A stretch of 64,000 bases of DNA, from the IMG/VR virus record IMGVR_UViG_3300033153_010139, positions 32,001 through 96,000 of that record; one strand, given 5' to 3'. Positions 1 through 9,206 of the stretch are shown one piece after another. The position numbers and the translations under genes are program-made. The stretch's first letter is position 1, and the number at the start of each line of letters is the position of its first letter. This stretch comes from a virus. The notes beneath the pieces are model-generated. The model ran no database searches. It had not been told where the DNA came from and saw only the letters and a program-made list of their open reading frames with translations.

Positions 1-1
1 T

Positions 2-1588
2 GCGCGGGACCTGGTCCGATCCGGGTTGTTTGGTAAGGATTTCGACACCAACGTGGCCGAGCTGGTCTCGTACGTCCAGCTCCGCTTCGGCCCCGAGAAC
101 TCGTCGAACATCGAGGCGAGCGAGCAGGGCATCAAAGACATCGAGATGTTCGCCTTCGGGCTCGCGACCGCCAACTGGTTTGGCGACCGGCAGGCGGACG
201 AGACCAACCTCCAGGACTCGCGCCTGCGCGCCTACTCGGTGTCCATTGCCAGGCAGCTGGGCTACAAGCCGTCGGCCGCCGTACCGCCGGCTGTGCAGAT
301 CACCATGACCCTGGACGTTCCGGCACCGGCCAGGTTCACGATCGAGCGCGGGCGCAAGCTGCAGGGGCCCGGCGGCCTGTTCTTCGAGGTGGCGACCGAG
401 GTCGTGTTCGACGTGGGCGAGAGCGGCCCCAAGAGCTTCGACGCGATCCAGGGCGAGACCAAGCACGCAACCTACACCTCCACCGGGCTGGCGAGCCAGT
501 TCTTCTACGTGACGAACGTGCCGTCCGGCACCTCGATCTCGCAGGACTCGCCGCAGCTCTTTGTGGACGTTGCCGAGTGGCCCGAGAACAAATTCCTGAC
601 GTACGAGCAGATCAACCAGTTCGAGTTCCAGTACGGCTTCGAGCCGACAAGGCTGGTGCTGGGCGATGGCGCGGCCGGCAACATCCCGGAGAAGGACGCC
701 GAGCTGCGCTTGCAGTTCTTCGTGACCGCCGGCGCGAACGGCGCCGTTGCCGCGAACACGGTGACGGCCTTTACCGAGCCGGTCGTGTCCGGCACGGCCA
801 TCGTTGATTACGTGCTCGTCCACAACGAGCCGTCCACGCCCGGCTCGCCCAGGGAGTCCATTGACTCCATCAAGGTGAACGCGCCGCAGGTCTACCAGAC
901 GGCCCAGCGCGCGGTGACCCAGGCTGACCTGGACGGCTGGATCAACAGCTTCTCGGATCCGACGTGGGGTTCGGTAGCGATCGGGCGCGCGACTACGCCG
1001 AGGAGCGTGGAGCAGGACGCCGAGGCGCTCACGATCTTGCAGGAGCTGCGTGACGCCGGCGTTGCTCAGGACACCATCGACCGGCTCTATAACTACTGGA
1101 ACGACGTGCTGGCCTCCAACGGGCAGGCGCAGATCATCGTGGCGCAGGTCTTGGCGGCCGACACCGTGGGGCGCTACGTGCCGGCCTCGCAGGGGCTCGC
1201 CGAAGCGCTGGAGGCGTTCCTCGACACGAAGGCAGAGAGTACCGCCAAGGTGCACGTGTCCGACGGGTCGATCAACCTGCTCTCAGTGGACCTGACGGTC
1301 TCGGTCAAGGTGACGGAGGAGTACTCCAGCTCGGCAGCGCGCGAGACGGTGGCAGAGTCGGTCCTGACGACCCTGGAGACGGAGCTGCTCGGCCGGTCCT
1401 ACGGAGACTCGCTGCGGATCAGCGACCTCTACGCGCTCGTGGACGGGCTCGACGGCGTGGACTGGAGCAACATCGCCATCTCCGGCGATACTACTGCCCT
1501 GGCGCGCGTGAATTCGCACGGCGATCTGGAGATCGAGGACCACGAGGTCATCACACTGGGCCAGCTGCCGTCAATCGTGGTGACGTAG
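2..1588 (+). CDS. Baseplate wedge protein (baseplate J / T4 gp6-like), 5' truncated
   Basis: Frame is open to the window edge. Motifs ARQLGYKP, F-GDG..GNIP and ESIDSIKVNAP...QRAVT..D are typical of gp6/baseplate J proteins. Confidence 0.85.
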   Translation, partial: ARDLVRSGLFGKDFDTNVAELVSYVQLRFGPENSSNIEASEQGIKDIEMFAFGLATANWFGDRQADETNLQDSRLRAYSVSIARQLGYKPSAAVPPAVQITMTLDVPAPARFTIERGRKLQGPGGLFFEVATEVVFDVGESGPKSFDAIQGETKHATYTSTGLASQFFYVTNVPSGTSISQDSPQLFVDVAEWPENKFLTYEQINQFEFQYGFEPTRLVLGDGAAGNIPEKDAELRLQFFVTAGANGAVAANTVTAFTEPVVSGTAIVDYVLVHNEPSTPGSPRESIDSIKVNAPQVYQTAQRAVTQADLDGWINSFSDPTWGSVAIGRATTPRSVEQDAEALTILQELRDAGVAQDTIDRLYNYWNDVLASNGQAQIIVAQVLAADTVGRYVPASQGLAEALEAFLDTKAESTAKVHVSDGSINLLSVDLTVSVKVTEEYSSSAARETVAESVLTTLETELLGRSYGDSLRISDLYALVDGLDGVDWSNIAISGDTTALARVNSHGDLEIEDHEVITLGQLPSIVVT

Positions 1589-1598
1589 GAGACGTAGG

Positions 1599-2582
1599 AT
1601 GGAATCTTCCCCCAGACTGCAGGTGCCGCTCCCGAGCCAGTTCGAGGAGCCCTACTACCAGACGGGCCACGACCGCGACCTGGCGTGGGATGCTGGGATG
1701 TTCGCCAACGCCGAGAACAGCCAGCTCCAGTTCATGTCCATAGGCGACGTCGGCTGGAACAAGGACGGGGCGCCGCCAAGCGCCGGAACCTTGTACTGGA
1801 CCGCGGACATCGAGATCTCCGCGTTCTTCTCGCCGTTCAAGGTGGTGATCGCCGGCGGCGTGTCGGTCGAGATGCAGGACGGCGAACTCCTGTTCTTCAC
1901 CGCGCCGCGACTGCTCCGGGACAACCAAACGGTCACGCTCTACCGCGCCAACAGGATCTTCCTGGAGAGCCAGCGCGCCTACGACTTGCGCCTGTTCGCG
2001 GCGCGCGTGGGGGACACGATCTACTTCCAGAACGGCGCCAGCCTGCTCGATGGCCAGCAGGGTGGCGTGTTCGGCGGCGGACTATTCCCGGCGACGTCCG
2101 TCCCTATTCACGAGCACGAGGACGCGCTGGTGATCGAGCCGCCGTCGGCCGGTATCAGCGCGCTGGACGTGCTCATGACCGGCCCGGACCTGCTCCGGGT
2201 GGACATCTTCCGTAACGGCCAGCTCATCGCCGAGCCGGCCGACTACAGCATGAACTACGTCTCCGGGATCGCCACGCTCGTCGTTCCGACGGCGAGCAGC
2301 GCCGAGCGGTTTGTCGTCTGGCGCGAGACGCGCGATGCGGTGAGCGTGACGCCCACGCACCAGCATCTCGCGCCGCTCGTGATCAACCCGGCGCCGGCAA
2401 CCGCCGTCCTCGACATGCTGGTGACTACGCCGGTACTCGACGCGGTGGACCTGTTCCGCAACGGCCTGCTGCTGTCCGAGCCCGGCGACTACACGCTGGT
2501 GCCGGCGACCGGATTCGTGACTCTGGTGATCCCAACCGTGCCAAGCGAGCGTTTCATGGCGCTCAGAAGGACGTTTGTTTAG
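1599..2582 (+). CDS. Virion structural protein with duplicated C-terminal beta domain
   Basis: 327 aa with RBS; two copies of H.H..PLVI.P...LD(V/M)L...VD(I/L)FRNG.L..EP.DY; lies in the baseplate cluster. Confidence 0.6.
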   Translation: MESSPRLQVPLPSQFEEPYYQTGHDRDLAWDAGMFANAENSQLQFMSIGDVGWNKDGAPPSAGTLYWTADIEISAFFSPFKVVIAGGVSVEMQDGELLFFTAPRLLRDNQTVTLYRANRIFLESQRAYDLRLFAARVGDTIYFQNGASLLDGQQGGVFGGGLFPATSVPIHEHEDALVIEPPSAGISALDVLMTGPDLLRVDIFRNGQLIAEPADYSMNYVSGIATLVVPTASSAERFVVWRETRDAVSVTPTHQHLAPLVINPAPATAVLDMLVTTPVLDAVDLFRNGLLLSEPGDYTLVPATGFVTLVIPTVPSERFMALRRTFV

Positions 2583-3509
2583 GTGGGCAGACCATCGGCA
2601 ATCGGCTACGGTTGGCAGCCTTACGGCCATCCGCAGAGCAGCAGCGCGCTGTGGCGCGCCGGTAATGCGCCGTTCCCGGTCAATGCCGGCTACGGCCGCG
2701 GCGACTGGGCCGAGTACGTCACCTGGCGAATCCTGCCGGAGCACACACGCAACGAGGATGGCGAAGGGAGCCTGGTCCCAGAGCCGCTGCGCGGCATGAT
2801 CGACTGCCTCAAGCCGCTCATGAACGAGTTGGTCGCCAAGTGGACGCTTTTCCCGACGCTCTGGGACGCGAACCTGTGCCCGATCGCGCAGCTCCCGAAG
2901 CTGGCCTACAACGTGGGGATCGCGCTCGACCCGACGAAGTCCGAAGCGCTGCAGCGCTCTGAGGTGCTGAACGCCTCCCAGCTGTTCCTGCACAAAGGCA
3001 CCGATCTCGGCTATACCATCGTCGCCGCGTTCGAGGGTCTGCTGGTCACGATCACGGCACTCTGGGCGGACGGGCAAGAGCCATCGTCAGCGCTGACCGA
3101 CGTCGATCCGACGACGTTCGTTGCGCAGTACGACGAAGTGGCGGCAGACGACATCCCGACCGACGAGGTCTTCGACGACCGCTACGCGCTGTGGCCGAAG
3201 AGTCTCTACGTGACCGGCCCGGTACGGACCATGAAGCTGCGGCTCGTGTTCTACCCGACGGCGGATCAGACACAGGACTTTGACCCGGACGTCGCGGACC
3301 GAATCGTCGCCAGGCTCCTGCGGTTCAAGCCCATCTATGTGGAGATCGATCGGATCACCTTCGATGGGCTGCGCGGGTCTAGCCAGACGTGGGTAGAAGA
3401 CATCAACGCCGGCGAATTGGCGGTAGGCATGTGGACTGCGCCAGTTACGGGCGCCAGCTATGCGGCCAGCGCGACGTGGACGGCTCCGGTCGTGGCGAGC
3501 ACGGTGTAG
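2583..3509 (+). CDS. Baseplate/tail formation protein (P2 gpI-like)
   Basis: LWDANLCPIAQLPKLAYNVG...HKGT resembles Tail_P2_I; follows the gpJ-like gene. Confidence 0.65.
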   Translation: MGRPSAIGYGWQPYGHPQSSSALWRAGNAPFPVNAGYGRGDWAEYVTWRILPEHTRNEDGEGSLVPEPLRGMIDCLKPLMNELVAKWTLFPTLWDANLCPIAQLPKLAYNVGIALDPTKSEALQRSEVLNASQLFLHKGTDLGYTIVAAFEGLLVTITALWADGQEPSSALTDVDPTTFVAQYDEVAADDIPTDEVFDDRYALWPKSLYVTGPVRTMKLRLVFYPTADQTQDFDPDVADRIVARLLRFKPIYVEIDRITFDGLRGSSQTWVEDINAGELAVGMWTAPVTGASYAASATWTAPVVASTV

Positions 3510-3518
3510 GAGAGATCA

Positions 3519-4934
3519 ATGGCGAAGCTACTGGCGTTCCAGCGAAACGTGGGCAAGGTTGTGACGATCGACACGATCAACAACACGCTCACGGTGCTCG
3601 GGTTGGTGCATCCCACCAATGTCGAGAACACGGACAGGTTCGGGCTCCGCACGCGCAACAACATTGCCGTGTTCAAGGGCGCCCCGTTCTTGCTCTACCG
3701 GGAGTCCGTGGCGATGGAGACGCGCGTAGCGCTCTACGCGACCGGGTTCTGGGTTGACCAGGCAAGCGCAACGCTGTCCGACCCGGCCACCGGCTACCGC
3801 TCGCCGACTGCGCTGCACGTTGAGCAGGACAAGCTCGTGTCCATCACGCAGATCAACCAGGACGGCACGGTGGACGCCATCGAGGCGATGACATCCACCG
3901 ACGGGATCGCTTGGACGGCCGCCGTGTCGCGCGCGATGCCGACGATGCCTGCCGACAGTCGCGGCGGGCACTCCATCAACTGGCGGAACGCCATTTGGGT
4001 CGCGACGCCCGACGGCCTGCTCTACTTCGACGTGGCCGGCAACGCGTGGACGACGACCTTCGATCCGGGCGACGACTCGGGCATCGCCGGGCAGGAAGTC
4101 CTGATGGGCTCCTTCGCCTTCTGGAACAACGACCTCTACTTCGCGCTGCCCGGCGCTTCCGTGCGGATCTACAAGCTGGCGTCCGACTGGGACCTGGCCG
4201 CGCCGGCACCGGCGCCTGCGTGGACGAACATCAGCGCGACGGGCATCGTGAGTGTGGGAACGTTCACGCCGGGCGCCGACTCCAGCGGCGTGTGCCTGTT
4301 CGTTGGGCCAGCTGACGACAGCCTCTACCTGCTCTACTCGGCGCAGCTCGGCACCATGATGGCGAAAACGACGGCCGCGGACTACCCGGCCTTCACGGAC
4401 GTTACGGATCCTTACGTGCCCGCCGCGCTCAGGTCAGAGACGCACTTTGACATCTCGCACTACGTGGACGACAGGCGCAGCGTCGCCGAGCTGCATTCGT
4501 TCCTGTTCCGGTCCCCGATGAGCGGCGACACCCGGCTTCTCTCGTGGGATGGCGTGTCTGAGCTTGACGTGCGTACGACGCTGTCCGGCATCTCGGTCAT
4601 GCCGCCGCACGAGCGGTTCGGCGCGCTGCGCACCTACACCGCGTGGCAGCCAGGCTGCTACATCCTATCGACGTCGGCCCCGTTCCCCGGGCGCGTCCAG
4701 ATTGAGTACGAGGTTCGCGACATCTCGTCGCGTCCGGTGGACATCTTCGGCGAGTACTCGATCGACGGCGACGAGTGGCTGCCCATGTCCCAAGGCGACG
4801 GAGACGACGGCAACGAGCAAATCTCCACCACGCCTCCCGGTCAGCACACGTTCTATTGGGATGCGTGGACGGATCTGACCGGCACCCACGACAATATGCG
4901 TATGCGCATCGTCGCCAGGATCTCTGGGGTCTAA
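3519..4934 (+). CDS. Virion protein, probable beta-propeller plus Ig-like C-terminal domain
   Basis: 471 aa, GGAG RBS, beta-rich, S.DG..W (BNR-like) motifs. Confidence 0.5.
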   Translation: MAKLLAFQRNVGKVVTIDTINNTLTVLGLVHPTNVENTDRFGLRTRNNIAVFKGAPFLLYRESVAMETRVALYATGFWVDQASATLSDPATGYRSPTALHVEQDKLVSITQINQDGTVDAIEAMTSTDGIAWTAAVSRAMPTMPADSRGGHSINWRNAIWVATPDGLLYFDVAGNAWTTTFDPGDDSGIAGQEVLMGSFAFWNNDLYFALPGASVRIYKLASDWDLAAPAPAPAWTNISATGIVSVGTFTPGADSSGVCLFVGPADDSLYLLYSAQLGTMMAKTTAADYPAFTDVTDPYVPAALRSETHFDISHYVDDRRSVAELHSFLFRSPMSGDTRLLSWDGVSELDVRTTLSGISVMPPHERFGALRTYTAWQPGCYILSTSAPFPGRVQIEYEVRDISSRPVDIFGEYSIDGDEWLPMSQGDGDDGNEQISTTPPGQHTFYWDAWTDLTGTHDNMRMRIVARISGV

Positions 4935-4958
4935 GATGGCGCTAATAGGAGGCCGACC

Positions 4959-5426
4959 GTGAGCTTGAGCATTCACCCTGGCGCCACGATGCCGCTGTCG
5001 CTGACCGTCGCCGACGGCGCCACCGGCAAGTACCCGCAGGCCGAGGTCTACGCGGACGACGGCACGCTGCTCGGTACCTACGACCTGACCCACCGAGGGA
5101 ACGGCCTCTACACCAACAACCTGCAGACGATGCCGACGTCCCACGAGTTCGTGACCGCCGTCTACGTCGTCTACAACGACGCCGGCCACACGGTCGAGTC
5201 CACGACGCACCTGCGCGCGTCGGACATCTTCGCGCCGGACCCCACTGTCCGTGGCACCGATGTCGTGGACGGCACCATCGACGTGATGGAAGCGCTGAAG
5301 CGCGGGAACGCGAACGCCGCCGGCAAGATCGTGCGGACGGCGGCGCACTACGCCTACAAGGCCGAAGACGGCGTCACGACGGTCTACGCGTTCGACGACA
5401 ACGACACCGAGCGAACGCCGGCATAG
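4959..5426 (+). CDS. Hypothetical virion protein
   Basis: 155 aa with AGGAGG RBS, in the structural operon. Confidence 0.6.
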   Translation: MSLSIHPGATMPLSLTVADGATGKYPQAEVYADDGTLLGTYDLTHRGNGLYTNNLQTMPTSHEFVTAVYVVYNDAGHTVESTTHLRASDIFAPDPTVRGTDVVDGTIDVMEALKRGNANAAGKIVRTAAHYAYKAEDGVTTVYAFDDNDTERTPA

Positions 5427-5437
5427 GGAGAATCTGA

Positions 5438-7012
5438 ATGGCAACTGCTGGCATAGTCGGCGGCGCTGGCGGCGGCGGCGGCTGGATCATGATCAGGGAC
5501 ATTACCCCGACGACCACCGGGGCCGTCGGCACGAAGACCTACCAGACGCCGGAGAACGACGTTCTCCAAACGGCCGTCAGCAGCACGCTCGACATGGACG
5601 TGCTCGTCAACGCAACCGGCCCGAAGGTCACGGTCAATGGCGTCGTCGGGAACCTGACGAAGATCGCCAGCGAGTCCTACTACGCTGGCACCGTGTCCAT
5701 CTCGGTCACCGGCTCCGGCAACGTGGTGGCGATCCAGGTGCTCCCGGACGACTCGAACGGGGCCGAGGCGAGTGTTGTGGTCACGGTCCAAGCCGGGCCG
5801 GTTGTTCTGACCTGCACGTTCGGCGGCGGCTACCCAGGCGGGCAGACCGAGCTGAAGGCCGGCGACACTTTCCAGATCCTCGGCACGACCGACATAGCGG
5901 CCAACCTGATCGAGATCTCGGACTTCGGGGCGTGCGTTTTCGCCTCCATCGCGGTCGTGTCCGGCACCGCCTTCAACATCACCGGCACCATCGCGGATCG
6001 CGGCACGACCGTTCAAGACCTCGCCGCGCGCGTGAGAGCGCGCAACGCCTCGCTCGCGTTCGGCGCCACGTTCGACACGAACACGGCCGGCAGTACCGAC
6101 GGTGTTCACACGGTGAAGTGCAACAACCGCTACCCCGCCTTCACCGACAACGGCACGACGTTCCCCGGCGGGCAGACGGCCTTCAAGGGTACCGAAGCTG
6201 GCAGCCAGGACACGTCGGTCTCGTACTTCGACACGCTCGCCTACTCGTCACCGCATGGCGACTTCGCGATCGGTTCGCCGACGGCTTACGTACAGAACAA
6301 GCCGATCACCTGCACGAACCCTGGCGACTACAACGACTCGGCAACGAACTTCACGATCATCGCCACGCGCTCGGCCAACGCGGCGGTCTCGGTGTTCACC
6401 AAGACGATCGAGGTGGCCGACGTCGCTCCGGTGGTCACGGTCGCCCAGCCAGCTGCCCGCTTGCGCAGCGGCGGGAACGACAGCACGGCGGCCCAGAACC
6501 ACGTGATCACGGCGACCAGCAACCAGAACCTCGCCGCTGCGCCGCCTCTCACCGTGCCGGTTGCCGGCACGTGGCAAGGCGGCGGCTTCGTCGGCGGTCC
6601 CAAGGTCTGGACCAGGACGATCCAGATCCACGACAACGACGCGAAGGGTACGGCGGCGTGGGCCTTCACCGCGCCGCCGGTGAACAACGCCGGAACGTCG
6701 GCGACCATCGCCGGTAACCAGGTCAACGGCGGCTTCGTGGTGCGCAACGTGACGTTCGCCGCGTTCAGCCAGACGGCAACGATCGGCGCCGAGGTCGTCA
6801 CGTACACCAAGCTCACGGCCGGGATCTTCACGGCCACCAGCAACGCCTCGATACGGAACGCTGTCCAAGGCAACACGTCGGACCTCTTGGACACCTACAC
6901 CGTGCTGGCGCTTGCCGTGAACCCGACCACGGTTCACTGGAACGACGTCGCCGCCGCGTCCTCGAACAGCGGCGGCACGGCGCAGCTCCTATCGCTTGAG
7001 GAGGCTGTGTGA
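5438..7012 (+). CDS. Thr/Ala/Gly-rich virion protein (Ig-like domains)
   Basis: 524 aa, beta-rich composition, operon context. Confidence 0.6.
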   Translation: MATAGIVGGAGGGGGWIMIRDITPTTTGAVGTKTYQTPENDVLQTAVSSTLDMDVLVNATGPKVTVNGVVGNLTKIASESYYAGTVSISVTGSGNVVAIQVLPDDSNGAEASVVVTVQAGPVVLTCTFGGGYPGGQTELKAGDTFQILGTTDIAANLIEISDFGACVFASIAVVSGTAFNITGTIADRGTTVQDLAARVRARNASLAFGATFDTNTAGSTDGVHTVKCNNRYPAFTDNGTTFPGGQTAFKGTEAGSQDTSVSYFDTLAYSSPHGDFAIGSPTAYVQNKPITCTNPGDYNDSATNFTIIATRSANAAVSVFTKTIEVADVAPVVTVAQPAARLRSGGNDSTAAQNHVITATSNQNLAAAPPLTVPVAGTWQGGGFVGGPKVWTRTIQIHDNDAKGTAAWAFTAPPVNNAGTSATIAGNQVNGGFVVRNVTFAAFSQTATIGAEVVTYTKLTAGIFTATSNASIRNAVQGNTSDLLDTYTVLALAVNPTTVHWNDVAAASSNSGGTAQLLSLEEAV

Positions 7013-7278
7013 GCGCTGCGGCTCCGATTTACACGGCCGGATGGTTCGGCGTCTCGGACAATGCTCTGACCAGCTCGGCGCTGGCCATCTACACAGAAGG
7101 GTGGTTCCTGCAGCCGCTCCAGCTTCGGCCGATCTGCCCGGGAAACCCGCTTGACGAGATCAACGAGGAGCGGAAGCGTACCGGGCAGCTCAAGGAGTAC
7201 ATCACGCCAGGCACCGGCTCAACGGAGAGTCCCGGGATCATGGGCAGCAGCACCGGCGAAGACCAGGTGGTGCTGTAG
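7009..7278 (+). CDS. Small hypothetical protein
   Basis: GTGA overlap with the upstream stop; internal IYT.GWF duplication. Confidence 0.5.
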   Translation: MSAAAPIYTAGWFGVSDNALTSSALAIYTEGWFLQPLQLRPICPGNPLDEINEERKRTGQLKEYITPGTGSTESPGIMGSSTGEDQVVL

Positions 7279-9206
7279 TGCCCCTACCCGCACACGCGTT
7301 CGACAAGACAGAGATCAAGGTCCGCTACGGCGAGCGGTACGTTTCTCAGGCCGTGAACAAGAAGTTCCTGGGCTTCCCGTTCGGCGTCTACCGTGGCTTC
7401 ACGCCCGCGACGACGGCCGGTTCGCTGGTGCTCAGGCTAGAGCCGGACGGCATCACCGGCACCTCCCTCGCGCGGGCGCAATCGACGACCGAGCTGGTCT
7501 CGGTGGACATCGTGATCGATGCGGTCGTCCAGCTGGACTTCAGCGACCACGACTTCGGCACCGAGCCGACGGCCTATGCCATGGTCCGGGCCGCGGCGTC
7601 GCTCGGCGGGGCAACGTCCGGCGAGGTGTTCACGCGCGCGACGGGCCCGGCCGACCTGACCGAACAACTGCTCTGCGTTGTCACGAAGCCGGCGGCCGAT
7701 CTGGAGATCGCTGCCGATCCGGCGGCAGGCCCGGCGGTGGAGAGGGATACCCCCTACGCTTACGCTGGCGCTCCGATGGGCTACGGGTTTATGGCCAGCG
7801 GCGCGGTCGAGCAGATCAGCGCTGCGGTCGCGATGGTCGGCGAAGTCGAGGACAGCCGTACCGATCTTGACGACGTCTACCACGACTGGGATCCGCTGGA
7901 CGTGACCCCGCCGCCAGGGGTCGAGCTTGGCCTGGCGGATCGAATCGTGGCCGACCTGCAACCGGACGCGATAGCTGGCCGACTTGGGCTCGTTTACCGG
8001 GTGGTTCGCAGCAACGAGCACACGACGGCGATCGAAACCAGCGAGGTCAACGTGTCGTCGTCGTTCACGGAGACGGCCAGGCTCCGTCTTCCGGTGCTCA
8101 CGCTCGACGGCGGCGGCTCCGAGACGCAAGTCGGAGTTGTCACCGACGACGACGCCGAGGCCAGGAACGTCTGCTTCGTTGCGGAAGCCGGCACGAACAA
8201 CCGGCCGGTGGACAACGAGCGGCGCGTGGCTTTCGGTCGTCTGGAGTACGCGCAGCTCGATCTCACCGGAACGCTCACGTTCAGCGCCGTGTCGGCAACC
8301 GTAACCGGCAACGGCACCGACTTCGCCGATCCGACTCAGATTCAGATTGGCGACAGCGTGCAGGCGCCGGACGGCCTCCACTACACGGTCATCAACGTTG
8401 TAAATCCGGTCACGTTGACGCTCGACCAGATCCCGACCGCCGGCGGCGTGGCGCTCTCGACGTTGAGGCGACGGTGGCTGCTCAAGCTGTTCACGAGGTC
8501 GGAGTTGGGCGAGTCTCCGTTTTCGCTTGCGGCGGGCCTGACGATTCGGTTCTTCTGCGGCGCGTGGTTCGGCATCGGCGCATCGGTCTACGACGCGACG
8601 CTGGAGATGTTCGAGGGTGGCGAGGACGAGCCGCTGCCTTCAGCGGCACCGAGCATTGAGGGAAAGGTGCAGATGTACCCCGGACTGACGGGGGCCAAGG
8701 CCGGGGCGATCCAGAACATCCAGATTCGCGGCGCTGCAGTCGGGTCCGGCGTTCCGGTGCATTCGCTAGGCTTCGATGGAGCGGCCGATGCAGCCGGCGG
8801 CGTCGTGGACGTCACGATGACCGGCGAAACCGGGGACCAGGGAGATCAGGGAACCGGCACAGGGCCGCCAGGCGATCCCGGCACGCCCGGCACTGGCCTG
8901 AGTACCAGCACGCTGTTCAACGCGGTGTACTTTCCAGGAGGAGGCGACGCGGCGCACGCGCTAACGCACTCGGTCAACTTCGGCGCGCCGATCAAGTACC
9001 TCCACGGCGGGCCATGCTTCTGGCAGCGCTCTGTGGCGTGGCCCGGCGGTCCGGTGGTTTACTGGTGGCGCGGCTCGGACTACTTCGACATAACGTCGGT
9101 CTACAGGACGGGCACGAGCAATGAGATTGGTGTGGTAGACGACACGTATCACGCTACGCAGTGGGGCGGGACCTTCCGAGGTCTGTACCTTAACGGGGCG
9201 ACGTAG
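7278..9206 (+). CDS. Tail fibre-like protein, paralogue 1 (short collagen G-X-Y linker)
   Basis: Shares GVY.G(F/Y).P, G(F/Y)M, NVS.S, G.SE...G.(I/V)T and RN(V/A) motifs with the next two ORFs; GETGDQGDQG..GPPGDPGTPG linker. Confidence 0.7.
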   Translation: MPLPAHAFDKTEIKVRYGERYVSQAVNKKFLGFPFGVYRGFTPATTAGSLVLRLEPDGITGTSLARAQSTTELVSVDIVIDAVVQLDFSDHDFGTEPTAYAMVRAAASLGGATSGEVFTRATGPADLTEQLLCVVTKPAADLEIAADPAAGPAVERDTPYAYAGAPMGYGFMASGAVEQISAAVAMVGEVEDSRTDLDDVYHDWDPLDVTPPPGVELGLADRIVADLQPDAIAGRLGLVYRVVRSNEHTTAIETSEVNVSSSFTETARLRLPVLTLDGGGSETQVGVVTDDDAEARNVCFVAEAGTNNRPVDNERRVAFGRLEYAQLDLTGTLTFSAVSATVTGNGTDFADPTQIQIGDSVQAPDGLHYTVINVVNPVTLTLDQIPTAGGVALSTLRRRWLLKLFTRSELGESPFSLAAGLTIRFFCGAWFGIGASVYDATLEMFEGGEDEPLPSAAPSIEGKVQMYPGLTGAKAGAIQNIQIRGAAVGSGVPVHSLGFDGAADAAGGVVDVTMTGETGDQGDQGTGTGPPGDPGTPGTGLSTSTLFNAVYFPGGGDAAHALTHSVNFGAPIKYLHGGPCFWQRSVAWPGGPVVYWWRGSDYFDITSVYRTGTSNEIGVVDDTYHATQWGGTFRGLYLNGAT